64,000 nt of DNA, taken from assembly GCA_041742315.1 (NCBI GenBank), contig JBGSIX010000073.1:12008-76007 (forward strand). Reading direction: 5' to 3'. A model generated the notes under the pieces. It made no database searches. It was not told the DNA's origin and saw nothing but the letters and a program-made list of their open reading frames with translations. A program made the translations under genes and the position numbers. The stretch is from Phycisphaerales bacterium (GTDB lineage Bacteria > Planctomycetota > Phycisphaerae > Phycisphaerales > UBA1924). Position 1 is the stretch's first letter, and each line of letters begins with the position of its first letter. This document shows, in pieces, positions 18,569 through 27,143 of this stretch.

Positions 18569-19894
18569 TTACGCGAGCTTCGTCACGCCCGGCACCGCGA
18601 TGCTGGGCCTCGGACGATCACCCAATCCGAACGGCTCGGGGTTCAGGTTCTCGGTGCTCGCCATCGCCTGCTGCCAGGTCACGACCTCGCCCGTGTACGC
18701 CGCCATGCGGGCCATGATCGCCATGAGCGTGGTGTGCGACATCCGCACACCGTCGTTGACAGGCCGACCGGCGCGAATGCCCGCAAAGAGCTCGTCGTGC
18801 TCCTCCTGGTACATGTCGTTGCCCGGCGCCTCGCCCCGCCAAGGGGTCTCGCCCTCGATGAAGTGCTGGCCCGACCAGGGCTGCATCGTGCATCGGCCCT
18901 TGCTCCCAAGGAAGTACCCCGAGTTGTCTGATGGTGTGTTGGGCCAGTGCCTGCACATGTGGTACGCCCGCTGGCCGCCGGCGTACTCGTACGTCACGCT
19001 GAAGTGGTCGAACACGTTGCCCGTCTCGGGCACGTCGGGCCGAACCTGCCGGCCCCCCACCGCCCAGCATTTCACGGGCGGCTCGTCCTTCATCGCCCAC
19101 GCCACCCAGTCGATCGCGTGCACCGCCTGCTCGGCGATGTGATCGCCCGACAAGGGCGTGAAGTACTGCCAGTTGCGCAGCTGGAACTCCGTCTCGCTCC
19201 ACGCGTCCTGCATCGGGTTGGGCCTGACCCACCCCGTCGTGTTGTACGTCGTCTGGATCGTGTGCAGATCACCGATCCCGCCCGCGTGGAGCCTGGCCAT
19301 CGTCTCGCGGCACTGGTTCTGGTACCGCCAGCAGAAACCCGACATGAGCCCGAGCCCCTTCTCCTTGGCGAGCCGAGCCGATTCGAGCACGCTCCGCACG
19401 CCCGGCGCATCAACCGCGACCGGCTTCTCGCAGAACACGTGCCTGCCCGACGCGATCGCAGCCGCCAGGTGCTCTGGCCTGAACGCGGGAGGCGTTGTCA
19501 ACAGCACCACATCGCAGTTCTCGATGACCTTGTGGTACGCGTCGAACCCGCCGAAGCGTCGCTCCTCGGGCACTTGGATCCGATCGGCCCACACGTCTTG
19601 GCCGTCCTGCTCGGCGAGCTCGTCGAGCCCCGCCTGAACATTCTTCAGACTCGGCTCGATCCGCGCCGCAAACGCATCGCCCGCCGCCCACAGCACCGCG
19701 TACGGGTCGGCCTTGATCGCCTGGAGCATCGCCCCCGTCCCGCGCCCGCCGCAGCCGACAACACCGACCTTGATCGTCTCATCCTTGCGTCCAGCCATCG
19801 AAGCCAGCGCCGCGGGCGCAACAAGACCCGCCGCCCCGACCGCAGCGGAGGCCTTGACAAACTCGCGCCGGCTCAGGATTTCACTCGGACTCAT
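18569..19894 (-). CDS. Tat-signal Gfo/Idh/MocA-family oxidoreductase
   Basis: ATG at 19894 lies 6 nt after AAGGAG and gives MSPSEILSRREFVKASAAVG. An alternative ATG lies at 19912. Rossmann motif VGVVGCGGRGTGAM. Confidence 0.85.
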   Translation of the reverse strand: MSPSEILSRREFVKASAAVGAAGLVAPAALASMAGRKDETIKVGVVGCGGRGTGAMLQAIKADPYAVLWAAGDAFAARIEPSLKNVQAGLDELAEQDGQDVWADRIQVPEERRFGGFDAYHKVIENCDVVLLTTPPAFRPEHLAAAIASGRHVFCEKPVAVDAPGVRSVLESARLAKEKGLGLMSGFCWRYQNQCRETMARLHAGGIGDLHTIQTTYNTTGWVRPNPMQDAWSETEFQLRNWQYFTPLSGDHIAEQAVHAIDWVAWAMKDEPPVKCWAVGGRQVRPDVPETGNVFDHFSVTYEYAGGQRAYHMCRHWPNTPSDNSGYFLGSKGRCTMQPWSGQHFIEGETPWRGEAPGNDMYQEEHDELFAGIRAGRPVNDGVRMSHTTLMAIMARMAAYTGEVVTWQQAMASTENLNPEPFGLGDRPRPSIAVPGVTKLA

Positions 19895-20702
19895 CGCCTG
19901 CTCCTTCTTCATCGATCGGCACGACAAACCGAAACCCCACCCAACTGCAATCCGCGAGCCACCAGCGGCTCTTGGGGATCTGCGGGTCGCTCGCGTTCCA
20001 GTTCGAGGCCTGCTGCATCTGCGACGCCGGCGTGCACTCGGCTTCGGGCTGCTTGTAGCTCCCGCCCATCGCGATAGGACGCTTCTCGTCCGTCTCCACC
20101 CACTCGGCGACATTGCCCAGCGTGTCGTAGAGCCCCAACGCGTTCGCATCGAGCGACTTCACCGGGTGCGTCGTGAACTCCGCGTTCTCCTTGTGCCACG
20201 ACGCGCCGCCCGGCGCCGATGCGAGGTGCACCCACTCCGCCCTGGTCGGGAGTCGGCTCTCGATCCCCGTGTGCTCGCCGAGCCAGTCGCAGAACGACCG
20301 CGCCGCGTGGATGGTCATCCCCATCGCCGGGTACCCGTCGTGCCCGAGCCCGCGGTCGGGCGGCACATAAGGCTTGCTGGGCCTGGTCACCGCGTCGGCG
20401 CCCTTGCCGATCGACTCACGCTCCGCCTCGGGCCGCTCGAGCTGGTACAGATAGATGTCGTACAGATCCCACATCACCTCCGTCGGCAGGACCCACATCG
20501 CGGGCACCTCGTGTGCTTCGCCGTCGATCTCGACCGTTCCCGCGGGCACCCGAACCAGATCGAAGCCGACGGAAGTCCCCGGGATGGAAACCGTTCTCGT
20601 CTCATGCTCGGTCTCGACCGCCTGACCCAAAGCCGGCAGAGCCAGAGCCCCTAGGCTGAACCCGATGAGACCGATCACGCAACTGGCTCTGTGTCTATTC
20701 AC
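19881..20702 (-). CDS. Formylglycine-generating-enzyme (SUMF1/EgtB/PvdO) family protein, secreted
   Basis: Motifs RLPTRAEWVHLA and LGLYDTLGNVAEWVET. I chose the GTG at 20702 because it yields the signal-like VNRHRASCVIGLIGFSLGALALPALGQA. The ORF-track ATG at 20822 would overlap apbE much further. The start is uncertain. Confidence 0.7.
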   Translation of the reverse strand: MNRHRASCVIGLIGFSLGALALPALGQAVETEHETRTVSIPGTSVGFDLVRVPAGTVEIDGEAHEVPAMWVLPTEVMWDLYDIYLYQLERPEAERESIGKGADAVTRPSKPYVPPDRGLGHDGYPAMGMTIHAARSFCDWLGEHTGIESRLPTRAEWVHLASAPGGASWHKENAEFTTHPVKSLDANALGLYDTLGNVAEWVETDEKRPIAMGGSYKQPEAECTPASQMQQASNWNASDPQIPKSRWWLADCSWVGFRFVVPIDEEGAGDESE

Positions 20703-21708
20703 GCTCAATGTGCTCCTGGTCGGCTGCCAGACCGATCCGAACGGGCCCCTGCCCCCCAGAGCCGACCACGCTGAGCCTACCGCGATCCGCTTCGAAGACG
20801 CAAGGCACAGCATGGGCGGCATGGCCAGAATCGTGGTCTACGCACCGGACCAAAGTCATGCCTCGCTCGCGACACTCGCCGCCTCCAAGGAGATCGCTCG
20901 GCAGGAACAGATCCTCAGCGACTACAAGAGCGACAGTGAGTCCCGCCTCCTCGTCGAGCAAACACCCAACGAATGGCACGACGCGAGCCCCGATCTCGTC
21001 GAGATCCTCGCTCGCTCACGCGAAGTCTGGCGCGCCTCAGGCGGCGCGTTCGACCCCACCGTCGGCCCGATCACGGCGCTCTGGCGCCCGGCGTTCAAAC
21101 AAGCGGAACGCCCAGATGCGGATGCCCTCGGCCACGCGCTCGAACGCGTCGGTATGAACTTGCTCGAAATTGACACCGAAGACAACCGCATCCGATTCGC
21201 GAAAGATGGCATGCGCCTCGACTTCGGGGGCATCGGCAAGGGCTACGCCGCCCAGAAGGCGCTCGACGTCCTGCGCGAGCACGGCTGCCCGAGCGCCCTC
21301 GTCGATCTCGGGGGCGATCTCGCACTCGGCGACCCACCCCCGGGCGCCGAGGGCTGGCGCATCGCCATCGACAACGGGCTCGATCTGCCCCACGAGGTCA
21401 CGCTCGCCAACGTCGGTGTCGCCACATCGGGCGACCTCTATCGGCACGTCGAGATCGACGGCGTCCGCTACTCCCACATCGTCGACCCAATGACTGGCCT
21501 CGGGCTCACCCGACGCGTCGCGGTCACCGTCATCGCCCCAGACCCCTGGCTCGCAGACGCACTCGCCAGCGCGGTCAGTCTGCTCGGCGAGCAGAACTCC
21601 AAAGCACTTCTGGAGGCGTACCCGAGCGTCACAGTCTTCGTCAGCGAGGCCGAGGAAACACCTCTGGAAACTCCAGATGCCAGTGAAAGAACCGGTACCG
21701 AGCCCTGA
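20665..21708 (+). CDS. apbE: FAD:protein FMN transferase ApbE, lipoprotein
   Basis: Lipobox in MRPITQLALCLFTLNVLLVGC. ApbE core motif FGGIGKGYAAQKALDVL. The acidic tail EAEETPLETPDASERTGTEP looks non-native. Confidence 0.85.
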   Translation: MRPITQLALCLFTLNVLLVGCQTDPNGPLPPRADHAEPTAIRFEDARHSMGGMARIVVYAPDQSHASLATLAASKEIARQEQILSDYKSDSESRLLVEQTPNEWHDASPDLVEILARSREVWRASGGAFDPTVGPITALWRPAFKQAERPDADALGHALERVGMNLLEIDTEDNRIRFAKDGMRLDFGGIGKGYAAQKALDVLREHGCPSALVDLGGDLALGDPPPGAEGWRIAIDNGLDLPHEVTLANVGVATSGDLYRHVEIDGVRYSHIVDPMTGLGLTRRVAVTVIAPDPWLADALASAVSLLGEQNSKALLEAYPSVTVFVSEAEETPLETPDASERTGTEP

Positions 21709-22681
21709 GCCGCTCGATCTCGTCTCGCATCCAGACAGGCAGTTTGTCGGGCTCCGTGCGCACAAGATCGAACCACCGCTGCGTGATCGCGTCCCACTCA
21801 CCCGGGCATCCCTCGACGGCTCCGGGCTCACTTGTGTCGTGACGACGCCAGACGAATGCCGCGCACCACGCGTCCGCCGAGAGCTGCGGATCGGGATCGT
21901 CGAACGCCGACCGATCAATCGTTGATCGCCGACGCTCTTTCGTGTTCCGCCGCTTGTACCAGCTCATCGCAGCGGGCAGATCACCTTCGCGCACCACAAA
22001 CGCCCGGCCCGGGATGCCCGCCTCGATCATCTCGGGCCTCGCGCCGACGATCGCGTTGCCCACCCTGATGCGTTTCGCCAGATGCTCGAACATCGCGCGG
22101 GGCTCGCTCGTCAGGCACGCCAGAACCGCTCGGCAGAGCAGTGCCGCCGTCGGATCGATGTCCACGCCATACAGACAATCTCGCACGATCGAGTCCACCG
22201 TTCCCGCGGGATCACCCGAGAGCTCCGCGAGCTGGCGCGCCGAGCCGACCAGGAATGCCCCCACCCCGACCGCCGAGTCGCACACCCGGCGCTCATGCAC
22301 GGGCTTCGCCGCCTCGCCCGAAGGCGCGCCGAGCACTTTCTCCACGAGATGATCCACGAGCGACCGGGGCGTGTAGAAGGACCCGAGCCGGCGCCGATCC
22401 TCAGCGGGCTCGAAGTGGACCTCGCCATCGACAAGCACGGGCCGCTCCGCCAGGAGCCGCTGGTACGTCTGGGCGTACCACCGCATGCTCTCGGCCCGCT
22501 CGCCGAGGAATTCAAAGCCCCGCTCGGCTCCATCCAGATGAGCCTCGATCACCCACTCGTACGCCCGGGCGTACACCTCGTCTCGCCCGAGGAGGCCCAG
22601 TGTCTCGAGGACCACGCCACGCACGATCTCCCGCACTATCTGCGTGCATCCGTCGAGCGGGTTCGCGGGGGATCGGGCCAT
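21641..22681 (-). pseudogene. N-terminal remnant of an N6-adenine DNA methyltransferase of the Eco57I / type IIG / BREX-PglX kind; catalytic NPPY half missing
   Basis: Trimmed to the ATG at 22681. Contains GSFYTPRSLVDHLV, a degenerate motif I (CDSAVGVGAFLV), LYGVDIDPTAALL and the diagnostic FFHWHLEFPEVF. It stops 5 codons later, before any (N/D)PP(Y/W) motif. The 3' end overlaps apbE by 68 nt. Confidence 0.6.
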
Positions 22682-22724
22682 CGTCAGGTGTAGTATTGCC
22701 GAGAGTAAGGAGGCTCCACCGGAA

Positions 22725-24617
22725 ATGACCACCCAGGCCCAAATGCCCCCCAAGACGCTCGATGCCGTCGTGATCCGGTTCTGCGGCGACTCTGGCGACG
22801 GCATGCAGCTCGCCGGCGGCGAATTCACCACCACCTCCGCCATCTTCGGCAACGATATCGCCACCTTCCCCGACTTCCCTGCCGAGATCCGCGCCCCCAG
22901 GGGCACGACCTTCGGCGTCTCGGGCTTCCAGCTCCAGTTCGCCTCGCACGAGGTCTTCACACCGGGCGACCGCGTCAACGCCCTTTTCGCGATGAACCCC
23001 GCCGGATTTAAGACCAACATCGAAGACGTCGAGGTCGGCGGGCTCGTCATCGTCAACGAGGACGAGTTCAACGAGGTCAACCTCCGCAAGTGCGGCTACC
23101 CCGAGGGCTACAACCCACTCAATGACGATCAGATCACGAGCGCCCGCCACATCGTCCGCGTCCCGATGAGCCGGATGACCCGCGAGGCACTCGCGGACAC
23201 CGGGCTTGGGGCCAAGGACGCCGACCGCTGCCGCAACATGTTCGCGTTGGGCGTCGCGTACTGGGTCTACCAGCGCCCGCTTGATGCGACGCTGCGCCAC
23301 ATCGAGACCGAGTACGGCATCAAGAAGGGACGCCCCGAGATCGCCGAGGCGAACTCCATCGTCCTCAAAGCCGGCTACCACTTCGGTGAGACGGCCGAGC
23401 TGCTCGCGGTCAAGTACGTCGTCCCACCCGCGAAACTCAAGCCCGGCAAGTACCGGCGCATCGACGGGAACAGCGCGACGGCTCTGGGCTTCGCAGCTGC
23501 GGCTCAGAAGGCGGGCAAGCAGCTCGTCTACGCGAGCTACCCCATCACCCCCGCCTCGGACGTACTCCACGCGCTGGCCCGGCTCAAGCACCTGGGCATC
23601 AAGACGTTCCAGGCCGAGGACGAAATCGCTGCGGTCTGTGCCGCCATCGGCGCCAGCTTCGCGGGCGACATCGGGATCACCGGCACCTCTGGCCCGGGGC
23701 TCTGTCTCAAGGCCGAGGCGCTCGGGCTCGCGGTCATGTACGAGCTCCCGCTGGTCGTGCTCGACGTCCAGCGCGCCGGCCCTTCGACGGGCATGCCCAC
23801 CAAAACCGAGCAGGCCGACCTCTTCCTGGCGATGTTCGGGCGCGCGGGCGAGAGCCCCTGCATCGTGATCGCACCGAACAGCCCGGCCAACTGCTTCGAC
23901 ACCGCCGTGGAAGCCGTGCGGCTCGCCACGCGGCACATGTGCCCGGTCATCATCCTCTCCGACGCCTCGATCGCCAACGGCGCCGAGCCCTGGCTCCTGC
24001 CCGACTACGACGCGATCGAGCCCATCGAATCGAACCACCCGACCGAGCCCAAAGACCCCGCCATCGGCTACATGCCCTACCAGCGCGACCCCGAGACCCT
24101 CGCCCGCCCGTGGGCCCTGCCCGGCACGCCCGGCATGGAGCACCGCATCGGGAGCCTCGAAAAATCCGAGCCCGCCGGCGCGGTGTCCTACGACCCCGCC
24201 AACCACGAGAAAATGGTCCGCACGCGTGCCGAGAAAGTGCAGCGAGCCGCCAAATGGCTCCCGCCCCTGAAGGTCGAGGGCGATCAGTCGGGCGAGGTAC
24301 TCCTGCTCGGCTGGGGCAGCACGCACGGGGCGATCCTGACCGCCGGGGCTCGCCTCCGCGCGTCGGGCCTGACCGTCGGGTGCGCGAACCTGCGCTATCT
24401 GAACCCGATGCCGACGAATCTGAAGGACGTGCTCGGACGCTTTACGCACGTCATCGTCCCCGAGAACAACACGGGCCAATTGGCGATGCTGATCCGCTCG
24501 CGGTTCCTGATCGACGCGGTGCCGCTCGGCAAGATCCAGGGACGCTCGTTCGGCGTCGACGAACTCGTCGCCGGCGTGCGCGCGATCCTGCACGATCGCA
24601 AGGAGGCGACCAAGTGA
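22725..24617 (+). CDS. korA: 2-oxoglutarate (2-oxoacid):ferredoxin oxidoreductase, alpha subunit
   Basis: ATG at 22725 follows AAGGAGG. The sequence FCGDSGDGMQLAGGEF...FPDFPAEIRAP is typical of the fused alpha/gamma KorA. Confidence 0.85.
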   Translation: MTTQAQMPPKTLDAVVIRFCGDSGDGMQLAGGEFTTTSAIFGNDIATFPDFPAEIRAPRGTTFGVSGFQLQFASHEVFTPGDRVNALFAMNPAGFKTNIEDVEVGGLVIVNEDEFNEVNLRKCGYPEGYNPLNDDQITSARHIVRVPMSRMTREALADTGLGAKDADRCRNMFALGVAYWVYQRPLDATLRHIETEYGIKKGRPEIAEANSIVLKAGYHFGETAELLAVKYVVPPAKLKPGKYRRIDGNSATALGFAAAAQKAGKQLVYASYPITPASDVLHALARLKHLGIKTFQAEDEIAAVCAAIGASFAGDIGITGTSGPGLCLKAEALGLAVMYELPLVVLDVQRAGPSTGMPTKTEQADLFLAMFGRAGESPCIVIAPNSPANCFDTAVEAVRLATRHMCPVIILSDASIANGAEPWLLPDYDAIEPIESNHPTEPKDPAIGYMPYQRDPETLARPWALPGTPGMEHRIGSLEKSEPAGAVSYDPANHEKMVRTRAEKVQRAAKWLPPLKVEGDQSGEVLLLGWGSTHGAILTAGARLRASGLTVGCANLRYLNPMPTNLKDVLGRFTHVIVPENNTGQLAMLIRSRFLIDAVPLGKIQGRSFGVDELVAGVRAILHDRKEATK

Positions 24618-25660
24618 CCACCGCCCCCACCACTAACGGCACGACCGGCGTCGAACTCCCCCAATACTCGCCCAAGGACTTCACGAGCAACCAGGACGTC
24701 CGCTGGTGCCCGGGCTGCGGCGACTACGCCGTCCTGACCGGCGTGCGCAAAGCCCTGCCCAAGCTCGCCATCCGCAAGGAAGACTACGTTTTCATCTCCG
24801 GCATCGGGTGCGCCGCCCGGTTCCCCTACTACATGGACACCTTCGGGATGCACACCATCCACGGGCGGAGCCTGTGCGTCGCGACGGGCGTCAAACTCGC
24901 CAATCCCGGGCTCAAGGTCTGCGTCGTCTCAGGCGACGGCGACCTCCTCTCCATCGGGGGCAACCACACGATCCACGCCATGCGCCGGAACGTGGACATC
25001 ACGATCGTGCTCCTCAACAACCGGATCTACGGCCTCACCAAGGGCCAGTACTCCCCCACCAGCGAGCTGGGCAAGATCACCAAGTCCACGCCCATGGGCT
25101 CGCCCGACGATCCCGTCTGCCCGCTCTCACTGGCGGTCGCCTCGGGCTGCACGTTCATCGCGCGGGCGCTCGACATCGACGTCAAGCTCTTCGAGAGCGT
25201 GTATCTCCGCGCGATGACGCACAAGGGCTGCTCCTTCGTCGAGGTCTACCAGGACTGCAACATCTTCAATCACCAGGCCTTCTTCTACGCCACGCAGAAG
25301 GACACCAAGCCCGAGAACACGATCCTGCTCGAGCACGGGAGGCCCCTGATCTACGGTACAAACAGCGACAAGGGCATCGTTCTCGAAGGAACCATGCTCA
25401 AATCCGTCCCGCTCGGCGGGGAGTACACCGAGAGCGACCTCGTCGTGCACGACGAGACGGACCGCCAACTCGCTTTCCTGCTCTCACAGATGCGCCACCC
25501 GCAGATGCCCGAGCCGATCGGCGTCCTGTACTGCGACCCAAACCACCCGACCTACGACGACGCGGTGCAGGAACAGATGGACAAAGCCAAGGCCTCGGCC
25601 AATTCGACCGACATCCGCCAGCTCATCAACAGCGGCGAGACGTGGGAAGTCACTGAGTAA
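24614..25660 (+). CDS. korB: 2-oxoglutarate (2-oxoacid):ferredoxin oxidoreductase, beta (TPP-binding) subunit
   Basis: GTG at 24614 overlaps the korA stop as GTGA and lies 8 nt after AAGGAGG. Motifs WCPGCGDYAVL and GDGDLLSIGGNH. Confidence 0.85.
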   Translation: MTTAPTTNGTTGVELPQYSPKDFTSNQDVRWCPGCGDYAVLTGVRKALPKLAIRKEDYVFISGIGCAARFPYYMDTFGMHTIHGRSLCVATGVKLANPGLKVCVVSGDGDLLSIGGNHTIHAMRRNVDITIVLLNNRIYGLTKGQYSPTSELGKITKSTPMGSPDDPVCPLSLAVASGCTFIARALDIDVKLFESVYLRAMTHKGCSFVEVYQDCNIFNHQAFFYATQKDTKPENTILLEHGRPLIYGTNSDKGIVLEGTMLKSVPLGGEYTESDLVVHDETDRQLAFLLSQMRHPQMPEPIGVLYCDPNHPTYDDAVQEQMDKAKASANSTDIRQLINSGETWEVTE

Positions 25661-25726
25661 CTCCAACTCTCCGGTGGGGGCGGCGTCCCGCCGCCCATCT
25701 CTATGTGCATCGACGTACTTAAGAGA

Positions 25727-25766
25727 ACCCCTCTCTCCGGCCCTCTCCCCGGCGGGGAGATGGAGC
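25727..25766. repeat. 40-bp REP-like GC-rich palindromic element, copy 2 (inverted relative to copy 1)
   Basis: Sequence acccctctctccggccctctccccggcggggagatggagc. It lies in the convergent gap between korB and the DUF1552 gene. Confidence 0.75.
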
Positions 25767-25775
25767 AAGAGTTGT

Positions 25776-27143
25776 TCACACCGAGAGTTGTCCCAGCTTC
25801 CCCGTCGCATCGCCAAAGCTCTCGACCTCGCATCCCATGCGCTCGAGCATGGTCATGTAGAGATTGCACAGCGGCGTTTCTTTCTTGAATGCGATATGCC
25901 TGCCCGGCTCGAATGTGCCGGCCCCGCGACCGGCCATGATGATGGGCAGGTCCTCGTGGTTGTGGCGGTTGCCGTCGGAGATGCCCGAGCCGTGCATGAT
26001 CATGCAGTGGTCCAGGAGCGAGCCCTCGCCCTCGGTGATCTTGGAGGCTTTGTCGACGAACCGTGCGAATCGCTCGATGTAGAAGCGGTCGATCTTCTTG
26101 ATCTTGTCGACCATCGTCTGGTCCTCGCGGTGGTGCGAGAGGTTGTGGTGCCCATCCGTGACGCCGATCTCGTGGAAGGTGCGGTTGCTGCCACCCAGTC
26201 CCGTCATAAAGGTGGCGATGCGCGTCTGGTCCGTCTGGAAGGCGAGCAGGAGCATGTCGTACATAAGGTCGATGTGCTCGCCCACGAGGCGCGGGATGCC
26301 CGCGGGCACGGGCGTGCCGGTCGGCGGTTCGTTCGCGTCGGTCTCGGCGCGTGCGTGCTCGATGCGGCGTTCGATCTCGCGAACCGCGCTCTGGAACTCG
26401 TCGAGCTTGTTGCGGTCGTTGACGCCCAGCTTGGTCTCAAGCCTCCGCGACTCACCCGCGACGAAGTCGAGGATGCTCCGCCGACGGCTGATGCGCTCGA
26501 GCGCCGCCTGTCTGTCCTGCGAGCCGAAGAGCGTCTCGAAGACCGACGAGGGGTCGATCATCTTGGGCATGGGCGTGTCCTCGTCCTTCCAGGAGAGGTG
26601 CGAGGAGTACGCGCAGCTGTAGCCCGAGTCGCAATTGCCCGCGCGCTTGCCCGTTTCGCAGCCGATCTCGATCGAGGGCAGGCGTGTGCGCGAGCCGATC
26701 TGGCCCGCCGCGAACTGATCGACACTCGCACCGATCTGGATGTCGTTGCCGGCGGTCTTGCGAGCCTGCCGCCCGGTCAGGAATGTGGCGGATGAGCGTG
26801 CGTGGTCGCCCGGGCCGTCGCCGTTGGCGCGGGCCTTGTCGAGCGTGAGGCCCGTCAGGATGTTCACGTGCTGGCGCACGCTCTCCATCGGCGCAAGCGT
26901 CTCGGTGAGGGCGTAGTCCGCGCCGGCGGTCGTCGGCGCCCAGCTCGGGTAGTGCACGCCGTTGGGCGTGAAAACGAACGCCATACGAAGCGGCGCAGCA
27001 GCATTCGACCCACTCGCAGCGCCTGCGGCTTTGGCAATGACTTTGGACTGCCCCATCGCTTCCATCATGGGCAGCGCCATCGCCACGCCCATGCCGCGGA
27101 GCACGGTGCGCCTTGAGAGCGCGTTTCGGTTCGCGTGTGTCAC
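25776..27143 (-). CDS. DUF1552 domain-containing protein (Tat signal)
   Basis: The GTG at 27143 overlaps the upstream stop as GTGA and follows AGGAAGGGA, giving VTHANRNALSRRTVLRGMGVAMALP. An alternative GTG lies at 27164. It is paired with a DUF1592-family gene, as is usual in Planctomycetota. Confidence 0.8.
   Translation of the reverse strand: MTHANRNALSRRTVLRGMGVAMALPMMEAMGQSKVIAKAAGAASGSNAAAPLRMAFVFTPNGVHYPSWAPTTAGADYALTETLAPMESVRQHVNILTGLTLDKARANGDGPGDHARSSATFLTGRQARKTAGNDIQIGASVDQFAAGQIGSRTRLPSIEIGCETGKRAGNCDSGYSCAYSSHLSWKDEDTPMPKMIDPSSVFETLFGSQDRQAALERISRRRSILDFVAGESRRLETKLGVNDRNKLDEFQSAVREIERRIEHARAETDANEPPTGTPVPAGIPRLVGEHIDLMYDMLLLAFQTDQTRIATFMTGLGGSNRTFHEIGVTDGHHNLSHHREDQTMVDKIKKIDRFYIERFARFVDKASKITEGEGSLLDHCMIMHGSGISDGNRHNHEDLPIIMAGRGAGTFEPGRHIAFKKETPLCNLYMTMLERMGCEVESFGDATGKLGQLSV

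Noticed and set aside
22512-24593. 693-aa minus-strand ORF opposite korA, and the 5' 136 codons of ORF 21641..23089
   Set aside because: Antisense to korA, which has clear family motifs and an AAGGAGG site. The methyltransferase remnant was therefore trimmed to the ATG at 22681.
25674-26795. 373-aa plus-strand ORF opposite the DUF1552 gene
   Set aside because: It begins inside the REP-like repeat and runs antisense to a family-typical Tat-signal protein. No motifs.
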